Shown in pieces: positions 10,129 through 19,479 of a DNA stretch of 64,000 bases (the first letter of the stretch is position 1; every line of letters starts with the position of its first letter). The notes under the pieces are model-generated. The model was given only the letters and a program-made list of their open reading frames with translations. It was not told where the DNA came from and made no database searches. The translations under genes and the position numbers were made by a program. Source of the DNA: a virus; the IMG/VR virus record IMGVR_UViG_3300020248_000002. One strand, 5' to 3'.

Positions 10129-10903
10129 AAAGAAAAAGAAAGAACCAAAACCTTGGGTTAGGTTTCACAGTTTGGAGCCTGGATTGGCAGAATGTTATCC
10201 AGTCAAACCAACGTCTAGTATAAAACGTGCGTGGCAAGAAAAAGAAGTAAAGGAAAAGCAATGCCCTTTTCAAGGATCACAGAATAGTTCAAACTGCCCT
10301 GGTATCAAGCAAATTGCGAGAATGGGATGGGTAGTTGTTGCACCTATGGATTTTATTATTATCACAAATGGTGACGGTGCATCTTTTACTTGGGAAACCC
10401 CTGGCAGATTCTCAAGGCACACTAATTACATTAGTAATCACGCACCAGAACAGGTTATTCCATTAATTGACAGTCCACGTGACACATTAGCACACATAAT
10501 TAAGGTGGAAACACCTTGGCGACTGACATCTAGTGATGATGTTGTTCTATTACAACAACACGTTCATTGGAATAATGAAGATCGTTTTACTGCTGTAACT
10601 GGGATCTTTGATCCTAGATATGCTATGCAAGTAAACGTGCAACTACAATGGCACGTTATGGATAGTGGCACAGATGGAACACTTGTAAAAGCAGGTACTC
10701 CATTAGCACAATATATACCTATACCACGTATTTACTTAGAGAAAGGGTGGTATGATATGACAGTCAATAATGCGACTGACAAAGATTGGGATTTAGAACA
10801 CGCTTTTAACTACTCAATCAATGCCGAGTATATGATACACGACAATGTTCAAGGTCGTATATCTAGGGCAATGAAGGCAATTAATTACCACAAAAACAAA
10901 TGA
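10094..10903 (+). CDS. Conserved phage protein, DUF6065/dUTPase-like fold; start uncertain (10094/10103/10112)
   Basis: CPG...GW..P.D, K..TPW, KAGTPLAQYIP motifs. Confidence 0.55.
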   Translation: MEGMNYVLNLFKKKKKEPKPWVRFHSLEPGLAECYPVKPTSSIKRAWQEKEVKEKQCPFQGSQNSSNCPGIKQIARMGWVVVAPMDFIIITNGDGASFTWETPGRFSRHTNYISNHAPEQVIPLIDSPRDTLAHIIKVETPWRLTSSDDVVLLQQHVHWNNEDRFTAVTGIFDPRYAMQVNVQLQWHVMDSGTDGTLVKAGTPLAQYIPIPRIYLEKGWYDMTVNNATDKDWDLEHAFNYSINAEYMIHDNVQGRISRAMKAINYHKNK

Positions 10904-11205
10904 CTATTGACGAACTAATCCAAAATTTCTATCTACAACAGAAACAGGTAGATTTAGAAATTGAAAACTATGACAAAGAGTTTGCTGACAAAAAATTAAA
11001 CCCATACGGTGTTACAACCATTGAGTTTGAAAAACGATCTGAAGCAATTAAGAAAAGATCACAATTAGAAGGTGCTATAGATGCCCTAATGATTTGTAAA
11101 CGTGATGTTCTTGGTGATGACAGTGAAGTTTCTATTCCAAACAACCTTGAGGTTGAAGGTGGTGGAAATGAAGAAATGGAGATTATAGGTGGATCATCAT
11201 CTTGA
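10900..11205 (+). CDS. Hypothetical coiled-coil protein
   Basis: ATGA overlap with the upstream gene; helical QLEGAIDAL. Confidence 0.6.
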   Translation: MTIDELIQNFYLQQKQVDLEIENYDKEFADKKLNPYGVTTIEFEKRSEAIKKRSQLEGAIDALMICKRDVLGDDSEVSIPNNLEVEGGGNEEMEIIGGSSS

Positions 11206-11788
11206 ACCATTAGATGAGGTTCATTGGTTATGGAAACTCAAATACGAGTTTGCATACGAAGGAGAGTCTCTACAAGAACATATCGGTAAACTGATAGATC
11301 ATACTGTACAGAACTATGGAACTGGATCAGCATTAGAAACTGGTGCATCATTTTCTACAGTATATAATCAGGAACATTCTCCACATAATTGGGAAGTGTT
11401 AGAGGATTTGTTCGTATTTCTACAACCAAAGTTACAAGAGATATGGACACATTGGGGATATAGTAACAAAATAACAAAACCCGTTCGTTCTTGGGTAAAC
11501 GTACATAAAAAAACGGGAAAAACTATGGAACATTATCATAATCAATGCCCTATGGTTGTTAGTTGTTATTTAAAAGCACCAAAGAAAAGTGGAAACTTTG
11601 AATACCGAGATCCATTGGAATACCATAGATGGGGTAGTCCAGGGGAACCTCAAATTTCATTATGGAGAGAAGTTGAAGTAGAAACAAATGATATAATAGT
11701 ATTTCCAGGGTGGTTAAAACATAGAACACAGGTAAACCAAACTGATGAAGATAGAGTTTGTTTAACTATTAATTATGATTGCGATTAA
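11189..11788 (+). CDS. 2OG-Fe(II) oxygenase, TIGR02466-like (HxH type)
   Basis: SWVN...EHYH...YLKAP..SGN...IIVFPGWLKH...R. Confidence 0.8.
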   Translation: MDHHLEPLDEVHWLWKLKYEFAYEGESLQEHIGKLIDHTVQNYGTGSALETGASFSTVYNQEHSPHNWEVLEDLFVFLQPKLQEIWTHWGYSNKITKPVRSWVNVHKKTGKTMEHYHNQCPMVVSCYLKAPKKSGNFEYRDPLEYHRWGSPGEPQISLWREVEVETNDIIVFPGWLKHRTQVNQTDEDRVCLTINYDCD

Positions 11789-12311
11789 AGATGACATAAT
11801 ACCTGAGTTATATCAGGACAGAATTTACAGTATGATGACTAACACGGTGTTTCCGTGGACATTTTTAGAAGATGTCACATACAGAGAGAATGATGTAGCA
11901 AAAAATATAAACGCAAACGCAACAGGAACTACTGGATTTGCACATTTATTTTATGATAGACAAAGTGAACACGAGTCACGTTATTGGGATTTCTTATTTC
12001 CATTGTTTCTAACTATTGTAGATAATCCAAACTTTGAATTATTAAGAGCAAAGGGTGGATTACTATTAAATACAAATACAGGTTACAATCACGCACATAT
12101 AGATGCGGAGATACCACACACAACCACATTATATTATGTGAATGATAGTGATGGTGACACCTATTTTTTTGATGGTGATGGATCGGTGATCCAAACGGTG
12201 AAACCTAAAAAAGGTAGGATCGTAACTTTTAATGGGTTAACATATCACTCATCTAGTTGCCCTAAAGAAAACTCACACAGATTAGTTTTAAATTTTAATT
12301 ATGTCATATAA
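11775..12311 (+). CDS. 2OG-Fe(II) oxygenase
   Basis: HID...LYYVNDSDGDT...PKKGR...YHSSSCP...RLVLNFN. Confidence 0.85.
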   Translation: MIAIKDDIIPELYQDRIYSMMTNTVFPWTFLEDVTYRENDVAKNINANATGTTGFAHLFYDRQSEHESRYWDFLFPLFLTIVDNPNFELLRAKGGLLLNTNTGYNHAHIDAEIPHTTTLYYVNDSDGDTYFFDGDGSVIQTVKPKKGRIVTFNGLTYHSSSCPKENSHRLVLNFNYVI

Positions 12312-12930
12312 TTATCCCACAGTAGTTATAGATGATTTCTTTGAGACACCCACACTCGTAAGAGAATGGGCATTGGGATTGGATTATTTACCTGCTGCGA
12401 AACATCCGTCAGGTGGTTATTGGTCAGGTGTGAGAGCAACTCCATTACTACACGAAAATGATTATCGTTTTCATCAGAAATTAGCACAAAAATTAATTCA
12501 GTATATACCACACGCAACATACTTTGAGAAATTAGATGCAACTTTTCACGTATGCACAGATGATTATGAATCGGGATGGATTCATAGGGATGATGATGAT
12601 TATGGTATTGGTGGTTTGATTTATTTAAACGAGACAAATCCACAAAATTGTGGTACAATATTATATGATGTACCCAGTAATGACGATAGCATCAATTATG
12701 AAAAAGAGTTCAAATCAAATGTAACTACAGATGATATTGAACTAAGAAAACGACTGAATAAAATGAGATTGGACTGTAATAAACATTTCACTCCCAATAC
12801 ATCAGTCGAAGCACGTTTTAATCGCTGCATCATATTTGATGGTAGAAAATACCACTCAGGCGGTGATTATTTTGGAAATGACATCACCACAGGTCGATTA
12901 ACCCTAGTATTTTTTGGTAAAGTATTATGA
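12301..12930 (+). CDS. 2OG-Fe(II) oxygenase (DUF6445-like)
   Basis: VVIDDFF, WIHRD, GLIYLN, GT.LY, FNRCIIFDG..YH, RLTLVFF. Confidence 0.8.
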   Translation: MSYNYPTVVIDDFFETPTLVREWALGLDYLPAAKHPSGGYWSGVRATPLLHENDYRFHQKLAQKLIQYIPHATYFEKLDATFHVCTDDYESGWIHRDDDDYGIGGLIYLNETNPQNCGTILYDVPSNDDSINYEKEFKSNVTTDDIELRKRLNKMRLDCNKHFTPNTSVEARFNRCIIFDGRKYHSGGDYFGNDITTGRLTLVFFGKVL

Positions 12931-13658
12931 GAACAATTAATCACGAAGGAGTAGCAGTTGAGGTTCTTGTAGAAGATCGTCTATTTGTTGCCCGCAGTGC
13001 AGTTCCAAAAGAGTTATGTGAACACACAGCACTCGAATATCATATGATAAAGGATGTTGTTCAATATCAATACCCAGATATGCCTATGGGCGACCCTACT
13101 ATGCCTGGGGCATTTAGTATGTACTGCCCTGTATGTTTTGAAGCATTAGGACAATACCATAAACCATTTGTTGAATCATTAATTGAAAAAGAATTATGGC
13201 AAACATTTAGTTATGGTAGGTTGTATGTAAAAAACACAGAGTGCTATCAGCATAGAGATCGTAGTTCGGGAGAATGGGTGGGAAACATTTGTGTAACAGC
13301 AGACCCACAATATAAATGGTCATTCTTTATAGATGTCAAAGGTGAGAAACACGAATTATTTTTGGAAACAGGTGATTCGGTAATTTTCAAAGGACACGAA
13401 GATTTGCATTGGCGACCAAACTACGAAGGAAACAAAGAACAAATACAATGTTTCGTTTCTTATGTTGATAAGAACGGACAATACGCTGATCGAAAATGGG
13501 ATGGCAGACCAATGCTTGCAGCACCTTGGGAAGCAGCGAGTGATTTAGTAAGAAATGAACAATCACAACAAAACCATAATCCTTATTACGGTAAATGTGA
13601 AAACAATACTGGAGAAGGTTATGACGAAGATGATGAAGCATTTGAAGAATTATTATGA
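12927..13658 (+). CDS. 2OG-Fe(II) oxygenase
   Basis: YGRLY...HRDR...GDSVIFKG..LHWR. Confidence 0.8.
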   Translation: MRTINHEGVAVEVLVEDRLFVARSAVPKELCEHTALEYHMIKDVVQYQYPDMPMGDPTMPGAFSMYCPVCFEALGQYHKPFVESLIEKELWQTFSYGRLYVKNTECYQHRDRSSGEWVGNICVTADPQYKWSFFIDVKGEKHELFLETGDSVIFKGHEDLHWRPNYEGNKEQIQCFVSYVDKNGQYADRKWDGRPMLAAPWEAASDLVRNEQSQQNHNPYYGKCENNTGEGYDEDDEAFEELL

Positions 13659-13798
13659 ACCATTACAACTTTGACCCTAATATTACATTTCCAATATCAA
13701 TAGCAGTAATCACAATACTGTTAGCAGGTTATGGAATTTATAAGGGATTTTTTGCAAATCAAAATTTAACAGACCCTTGGGATGACCACGATGACTAA
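13655..13798 (+). CDS. psbN: PsbN (47 aa; absent from the ORF track)
   Basis: Hand translation MNHYNFDPNITFPISIAVITILLAGYGIYKGFFANQNLTDPWDDHDD: TM helix, GY.IY..F and the L.DP(F/W)(E/D)(E/D)H.D PsbN tail. Confidence 0.88.
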   Translation: MNHYNFDPNITFPISIAVITILLAGYGIYKGFFANQNLTDPWDDHDD

Positions 13799-13874
13799 TT
13801 ACGGACTAGAAATAGTGTTTTGGGTAACACTAGGATTATTTCTCATTATTCAATGGGAGAAAGTTAAAAAATGA
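13791..13874 (+). CDS. 27-aa single-TM protein
   Basis: MTNYGLEIVFWVTLGLFLIIQWEKVKK; fills the gap and overlaps both neighbours. Confidence 0.55.
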   Translation: MTNYGLEIVFWVTLGLFLIIQWEKVKK

Positions 13875-14107
13875 ATGAAGTCACAGTATTTGTTTACTTG
13901 TGTTTCTTTGTTGCACTATTCGGAATGACCTTTGCATTTATGTTTAAAATGATGACAGCAACATTAAGGGAAATGGATAGATCACCTGTCAACAGTTATG
14001 GTGATGCTATGAAACCGTACAAAACCACACACCCAGAAATGGATGAGGTGAAAAACGGTGATGAGTTGTTAGTTTTTAAAATAGAAGATGAGGAGGAAGA
14101 TGATTAG
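13871..14107 (+). CDS. DUF2973-like membrane protein
   Basis: N-terminal TM helix plus HPEM...GDELLVF. Confidence 0.7.
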   Translation: MNEVTVFVYLCFFVALFGMTFAFMFKMMTATLREMDRSPVNSYGDAMKPYKTTHPEMDEVKNGDELLVFKIEDEEEDD

Positions 14108-14735
14108 TCCTGCATTTCCAAAAATTCCTGATTATATAATTGTTGATGATCTCATATCTGAAACATATCAAGAATGGTTAATCTCTTTAATTAAAGATGA
14201 GAACTTGATGTGGCACAGAAAAGACTCAGCAATTATGGATGCAAATTCGGAAGATCGCAGAAATGGGTTCTGTAATTTTCATTATATGTATGAGTGTGAT
14301 AAAGGTGGAAATGTATCTCCTTTGTGTAACGCATTTGTTCCTATGTCACTCAACATTATGGACAAAATCGGTGCATTTAATTTAATGAGAATGAGAATTA
14401 ATTGTGTACCCGCTATGTATGAAAACGTGACACAGTTACCACACATTGACTCATACGTTCCAGACAGTTGGAACGTAATATATTATATGGATGACTCAGA
14501 TGGAGACACAGTTATCTACAACGAAAGAACCCTAAATGATTATGACTATAACAAATATCTGAAAGAAGATAACTTCACAGAAAAGGTTAGAGTCACACCC
14601 AAAAAGGGTAGAGCAGTTGCCTTTAAAGGCGACCTATTCCACGCTTCTACGACCCCCAGTAAGACGTGGCGACCAGTTGTTAACATAAACATATCCCTAA
14701 ACCCTATTACACAAAATCCGTATAGTAATGCGTAA
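14100..14735 (+). CDS. 2OG-Fe(II) oxygenase
   Basis: PHID...IYYMDDSDGDT...PKKGR...FHASTTP; start moved to the ATG after the GAGGAGG SD. Confidence 0.85.
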   Translation: MISPAFPKIPDYIIVDDLISETYQEWLISLIKDENLMWHRKDSAIMDANSEDRRNGFCNFHYMYECDKGGNVSPLCNAFVPMSLNIMDKIGAFNLMRMRINCVPAMYENVTQLPHIDSYVPDSWNVIYYMDDSDGDTVIYNERTLNDYDYNKYLKEDNFTEKVRVTPKKGRAVAFKGDLFHASTTPSKTWRPVVNINISLNPITQNPYSNA

Positions 14736-15438
14736 CTACGAACCTAATTTAATTGACTCAGGAGAGGATTGGGTAGTCTGTAAATCAGAAGTTGTATCCA
14801 ATGAATCAGAGGAAATGAAAGTACAACTTGGTAGAGCATATCGTCTATTCAAGAATACTTTTACAGGGTGTGACTCGTCATTAAAAAATGATGGACTAAC
14901 ACTTGATGCACTACCAGATTTATTTTCTCAGGTAGATGCACGACAAGAAGATATGGAACAACTAAAAAATATGAAATCGGGAGACTTAAGTGGATATAGA
15001 TTTTATAATGTATTTAATTTAACTTCTCCTAGTCCTCTGTTTTATCATCTATTAAAAGAAATTAGTGCAATCGTAAGGAAACATTTAGGTAACTTTGGTG
15101 TTAATCCTGATGACCCATTGTGGATGCAATGTTGGATGAATTTTCATAAACCAGATCAAGTGTTAGATTGGCACGATCATCATTTTCCGTGGCACGGATA
15201 TATTAGTATCGACCCAAAAGACTCAATAACAAAATTCAAAGAGCATTTACCAGTAGGAACATACGAGTATAATATAATCAATAAAATTGGGAATATCTAC
15301 TTGGGGCCTGGTTTTTCGAGGATGCACAAAGTCGTAGTTAATAACGATTATGAAGGCGATAGGATTACTTTAGGGTTCGATATTATAACTCAATCAACAC
15401 TACCTGACGATCAATTCTCTCTCATTCCATTATTATGA
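14728..15438 (+). CDS. 2OG-Fe(II) oxygenase-like (HxH type)
   Basis: WMN...LDWHDH...GYISID...MHKV...RITLGFD. Confidence 0.75.
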   Translation: MRNYEPNLIDSGEDWVVCKSEVVSNESEEMKVQLGRAYRLFKNTFTGCDSSLKNDGLTLDALPDLFSQVDARQEDMEQLKNMKSGDLSGYRFYNVFNLTSPSPLFYHLLKEISAIVRKHLGNFGVNPDDPLWMQCWMNFHKPDQVLDWHDHHFPWHGYISIDPKDSITKFKEHLPVGTYEYNIINKIGNIYLGPGFSRMHKVVVNNDYEGDRITLGFDIITQSTLPDDQFSLIPLL

Positions 15439-16067
15439 ACTTATCAGACTCACTAGAAAATGTAGCAGACACAAATGTGTATGGTGTCTTTATGCAACCA
15501 GTAGGAAAGTATAAAGTAAAGAATCACGCAAAATTCAAAACTATCATTATGCAATATATTGCTGAATTAGATGGTTCTAAATTAGAAAATAAGCACCCTA
15601 CTATATCTGTTAATGTCTCACAATTAGGAGATCATCAAATCCTTGAACTACCAGAATTTAGAGAATTAAAAAACGAGATCAAGAACGCAGTTAATGAGGT
15701 AAACAAACAGGCATTTTGCTATGAACTAACTGATGGCACACACTTTGCTGACAGTTATTTGGAATTAGGACAACAGGGTGCGTTATATGCCCCACACGAA
15801 CATAGTAATTGCATCTACTCAGGAACTTATTACGTTAACTTTGATAGAGAAAGGCATACTATGATGAAATTTAGGAGAAATATAATTTCATCACATTATC
15901 CTATACTTCAAGTTGGTACAACACAAATGAACGCATTTAATCAATTAGACTGTACAGTACCGTATGATGAAGGTGATATTATAATTCACCCCCCTAACTT
16001 ACAACACGGATATGAAGGGTCAGGACACGCTAACAGAATTACATTAACTTTTAATGTTGCCCCTTGA
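15435..16067 (+). CDS. 2OG-Fe(II) oxygenase, TIGR02466-like
   Basis: PHEHSNCIYSGTYY...EGDIIIHPPNLQHG...RITLTFN. Confidence 0.8.
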   Translation: MNLSDSLENVADTNVYGVFMQPVGKYKVKNHAKFKTIIMQYIAELDGSKLENKHPTISVNVSQLGDHQILELPEFRELKNEIKNAVNEVNKQAFCYELTDGTHFADSYLELGQQGALYAPHEHSNCIYSGTYYVNFDRERHTMMKFRRNIISSHYPILQVGTTQMNAFNQLDCTVPYDEGDIIIHPPNLQHGYEGSGHANRITLTFNVAP

Positions 16068-16100
16068 CGACATTAAATAGACGCTATAATACATAGTATT

Positions 16101-16322
16101 ATGAACAGCGAAACTAAAATGGTGGGTAAGTCTCGCATTTTAGATGATAGACAAAAATCTATTATCAAAAAAGCAATCGCACTCTATATGGGCGACTTAT
16201 ACAGAAAAAACTCAAGGCACTCTATTGATGATGAACGATTAAAAGTCGATTTGTCAGTAGTAGATGAAATTTGTGAATTACTACATTTGAAATATGAACA
16301 GAGTTCAATTCCAGAGTGTTGA
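16101..16322 (+). CDS. Hypothetical protein
   Basis: ORF preceded by TTGACG...TATAAT (16064-16090, short 15-nt spacer). Confidence 0.6.
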   Translation: MNSETKMVGKSRILDDRQKSIIKKAIALYMGDLYRKNSRHSIDDERLKVDLSVVDEICELLHLKYEQSSIPEC

Positions 16323-16839
16323 TCTATTACCTGTATTTGGTAAACCGATCTATATTCAACATTGTGAGTCTCAACAAGGCACAAAGCAACACGCAGATGC
16401 ACTTTTAGTCAGTAGTGACACAGGTAAAAGTGTGAATAATGATGTTGCAACTAAACAAGTTGCGTGGAAAACATTAATTTATTCACAATTAGAATCTATG
16501 TCAGGTCTAATTGGATTGGAAACGGAACTTAAATTACAAGAGTCCTATGTAAATAGATTGAAACAAGGACAATCGTTGCACTTACTACCAAAAAATGATA
16601 GAATATTAACTGGAGTTTGGTTTATTGAAGAACCTAAAACACAAATGGTCTGGACAGATAATTCAGAGCAATGGTTTGCAGGTTTGGATTTAAAATTTGG
16701 TAATGAAAATCTAGTAAATTCAAATGAATTTCAATTCACACCAACTGAAGGAAACTTTTGTTTATATCCTAGTTCAATGACTCTCAGTATTGGACATACA
16801 GGAAATAACGTGAGTATTCTTGAGTTCTACCTTAAATGA
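16294..16839 (+). CDS. TIGR02466-like oxygenase-fold protein lacking His ligands
   Basis: ESYVN...ILTGVWFI...PTEGNFCLYPSSM scaffold without HxH or the distal His. Confidence 0.55.
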   Translation: MNRVQFQSVDLLPVFGKPIYIQHCESQQGTKQHADALLVSSDTGKSVNNDVATKQVAWKTLIYSQLESMSGLIGLETELKLQESYVNRLKQGQSLHLLPKNDRILTGVWFIEEPKTQMVWTDNSEQWFAGLDLKFGNENLVNSNEFQFTPTEGNFCLYPSSMTLSIGHTGNNVSILEFYLK

Positions 16840-17162
16840 CAACACCCTTATTCTTATCAGAATCAATCCCATTGGAACTAAGAAACATCTTAAAATCACT
16901 AGAAATCGGTATGCCGATTAAATGGAACAATGATGTTGGAACTATTAGTTTCATATCAGATCACTACATCACAATATGTGTCAGAAAAATACCTGACGAA
17001 ACATATAAAGATGGACACAGACAGGTAAATGTAGTATGCCCTCGACACGAGTGGGATAACTTAGAAATTGAAGATTCACACTTCAAAAATGTAAAGAATT
17101 ACAAGGGAAAAACCAATGACCACCCTGGAAATGAGTATTTACCACCTGTTAAAAAAAGATGA
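16836..17162 (+). CDS. Hypothetical protein
   Basis: ATGA-coupled ORF, 108 aa. Confidence 0.65.
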   Translation: MTTPLFLSESIPLELRNILKSLEIGMPIKWNNDVGTISFISDHYITICVRKIPDETYKDGHRQVNVVCPRHEWDNLEIEDSHFKNVKNYKGKTNDHPGNEYLPPVKKR

Positions 17163-17314
17163 TTTTAACTAAAGACGAACTACACGCACTTGAGGATAGT
17201 TTGATGTATCTTTCAACCTATAATCAGGTTAAAATTGAAAAGGATAACTCAGTAAGTTGTAATGAGTTACACGAAAAAATCAAATTAGAGTTATTGAAAA
17301 GGCAATGGCATTGA
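17159..17314 (+). CDS. Hypothetical protein (51 aa, not in track)
   Basis: MILTKDELHALEDSL...; ATGA overlap; fills the gap. Confidence 0.55.
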   Translation: MILTKDELHALEDSLMYLSTYNQVKIEKDNSVSCNELHEKIKLELLKRQWH

Positions 17315-17535
17315 GACAAATGGCGATCGTTCAAGCAAAATCAGAACGAGCGAGAATTAACCTTGCAACATATATGGGTGGAAGCACATTCGTATATATA
17401 GAAAACAAGCGAGAAGATGGTAGGATTTTCGTATCATCAGAATATAATAGAGAGTATTGGTTTTGGATAGACCCTCCTGACGACCCGAATTGGGATTATA
17501 TGGAGGTAAAAGAGGGAGAGGTCGTTAGCGAATGA
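17305..17535 (+). CDS. Hypothetical protein
   Basis: Packed ORF with YWFWI...DPNW. Confidence 0.6.
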   Translation: MALRQMAIVQAKSERARINLATYMGGSTFVYIENKREDGRIFVSSEYNREYWFWIDPPDDPNWDYMEVKEGEVVSE

Positions 17536-17738
17536 TAGTACCCTTAGAACATTTTACAAACACATCAAATAAACCTTATGACAGGAATTGGTATAAGGTT
17601 CATTGTAAAGATAAATCGGTAAAGATTTTACATAGTTACGAAGAGGTGTTAGAATGTTGGTGGAATTTCAACCAATACATTGACAAAGTTGAGGTAATTG
17701 ATGCAAAACGAACTAAACAAAGTGGAATTGGATTCTGA
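17532..17738 (+). CDS. Hypothetical protein
   Basis: PYDR..YKV...YEE...WW...VEVID...GF; ATGA overlap. Confidence 0.6.
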   Translation: MIVPLEHFTNTSNKPYDRNWYKVHCKDKSVKILHSYEEVLECWWNFNQYIDKVEVIDAKRTKQSGIGF

Positions 17739-17895
17739 CCCTAACGGTGGTTTAGAAATCAAACAAAACGAAGATGGTTCATTTATGTTAGAGTGGGATA
17801 AGAATGACCCACGTTGGGCAATGCTTAATGGGTTGTCTCAAGCACAACTAGAACAGATCATCTTAAAAGGATTACAGGAGGAATTAGGTTTATGA
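17701..17895 (+). CDS. Hypothetical protein
   Basis: LEI.QNEDGSF.LEWD.NDP.W..LN; GAGG SD. Confidence 0.6.
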   Translation: MQNELNKVELDSDPNGGLEIKQNEDGSFMLEWDKNDPRWAMLNGLSQAQLEQIILKGLQEELGL

Positions 17896-18110
17896 GTGGA
17901 GATTATGAGACACTAGAAACCAACCAACCAAAAATAACATACTCAGAGGAGATCAAAATTGATGGGGAGGACATACAGATAGTGATGAGACAAGTAGAGT
18001 CAATTCATTGTCAAGTAGCAGAATACCCCACGAGTGAATACTTACAGAGTAGATTAGAGTTAGTTCATTGTGAATTGAAAAGACTCAAAGAAAAATACGA
18101 GGACAATTAG
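17892..18110 (+). CDS. Hypothetical protein
   Basis: ATGA overlap; stop codon lies inside the A1 palindrome. Confidence 0.6.
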   Translation: MSGDYETLETNQPKITYSEEIKIDGEDIQIVMRQVESIHCQVAEYPTSEYLQSRLELVHCELKRLKEKYEDN

Positions 18111-18179
18111 AATACTGTCACACCCTGTCTTGTTAGGCAGGGTTTTTGCTCTTAATATGAAATCACTTATTGAACATTG
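18102..18179 (+). promoter_or_regulatory. Class A early promoter element A1
   Basis: GACAA-N8-CTGTCACAC, TTGTTA (18130), 17 nt, TAATAT (18153). Confidence 0.7.
18122..18147 (+). terminator. Intrinsic terminator overlapping the A1 promoter
   Basis: ACCCTGTCT-tgtt-AGGCAGGGT then T tract. Confidence 0.7.
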
Positions 18180-19448
18180 ATGATTACTTTACGACCACAC
18201 CAACAGCGTATTGTCGATATTATGAAGAACAACACCAAAGGTCAGGTTATTGTACCTACTGGCGGTGGTAAAACTATGTGTATGATACACGATCTCAAGA
18301 GACGTTTACAGACAACAGAAGGTGGAACTCTAAGTTGGTATCCTAAAACTTATGTTGTTGTTGCACCTCGTATCTTACTTGCAAACCAGTTATGCTCAGA
18401 GTTCTTAGAGCAAAATCTTGATGGTAATTATAATCAAGGTGTAGATGTGATGCACGTTCATAGTGGAGAAACACATTTCTACAGTACTACTAAACCAGAG
18501 AAGATCAAAACTTGGGTTAACAATAGTACTAAACATATAATTATTTTTACAACTTATCACTCTTTAAAACGTGTTGTCGAGTCTGATATTACTATTGATA
18601 CTGCTTATTTTGATGAAGCACATAACTCTGTTACGAGGTCTTTTAGTCCTCCTACTGAGTCTGTTTCTTATCATTCTAAATCCACATATTTTTTTACTGC
18701 TACTCCTCGCATTAGTTATCGCCATACTAGGGGAATGAACAACGAAAAGATATATGGAAATATTATTTGTAATATTGAAGCAAAAGAACTTGTCAACAAC
18801 GGTTCGATTATCCCTCCTACCATAGTTCCATTTCATACCAAAGAGAACAGAGATCGGAAACAGGCATTTGATCTTGATAGTCAAACTGTTACAGATATAC
18901 TTGATACTCTTGATAGTGATGACGCACATAAGGTTCTTGTTAGTGTACCGTCTAGCAGAATGTTGGGAGCAATGATGAGTCAAACTGATTTGATATATCA
19001 ACTTGAGAAACGTGGATTTGAGTTCTTGCATATCACATCTAAGTTTGGTGCATACGTCAACAGACAAAAGGTAAACAGAGAAAAGTTTTTCGATACTCTC
19101 ACTCAATACGGTAGAGACAAAGACAAGAAGTTTATCATATTCCATTACAGTATCTTGAGTGAAGGTATTAACGTGTCAGGATTGACCCATTGTATCCTCT
19201 TGAGACAGTTAGATGTAGTCTCTATGGCACAAACTATAGGTAGAGTAATTAGAATGGATACAGAGGATTCTAAGGACATTAGAGAAGGTGTAATCAAAGC
19301 GGGTGCATTAGAGTTTTACAGGAAGAAAACAGGATATGTTACTGTACCCTGTCACGCAAACTACGGTCAGCATATAATCAAGAGATTACAGGCGGTTGTA
19401 GATTCTATATTCATCAATGGACTACCTCCTGAGTCGTTAGTGGTATAA
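18180..19448 (+). CDS. SF2 DEAD/DEAH-like helicase (ResIII-like)
   Basis: LRPHQ, PTGGGKT, FDEAH, TATP, LSEGIN, QTIGRVIR. Confidence 0.9.
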   Translation: MITLRPHQQRIVDIMKNNTKGQVIVPTGGGKTMCMIHDLKRRLQTTEGGTLSWYPKTYVVVAPRILLANQLCSEFLEQNLDGNYNQGVDVMHVHSGETHFYSTTKPEKIKTWVNNSTKHIIIFTTYHSLKRVVESDITIDTAYFDEAHNSVTRSFSPPTESVSYHSKSTYFFTATPRISYRHTRGMNNEKIYGNIICNIEAKELVNNGSIIPPTIVPFHTKENRDRKQAFDLDSQTVTDILDTLDSDDAHKVLVSVPSSRMLGAMMSQTDLIYQLEKRGFEFLHITSKFGAYVNRQKVNREKFFDTLTQYGRDKDKKFIIFHYSILSEGINVSGLTHCILLRQLDVVSMAQTIGRVIRMDTEDSKDIREGVIKAGALEFYRKKTGYVTVPCHANYGQHIIKRLQAVVDSIFINGLPPESLVV

Positions 19449-19451
19449 ATA
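19444..19451 (+). promoter_or_regulatory. T4 late promoter TATAAATA
   Basis: Exact consensus overlapping the helicase stop, 28 nt before the 19480 ATG. Confidence 0.7.
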
Positions 19452-19479
19452 GAAATACGAAACAAAGTAACACGTTAAA

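Noticed and set aside
18564-19145. 193-aa minus-strand ORF
   Set aside because: Antisense to the helicase, no motif and no promoter; all credible genes are on the plus strand
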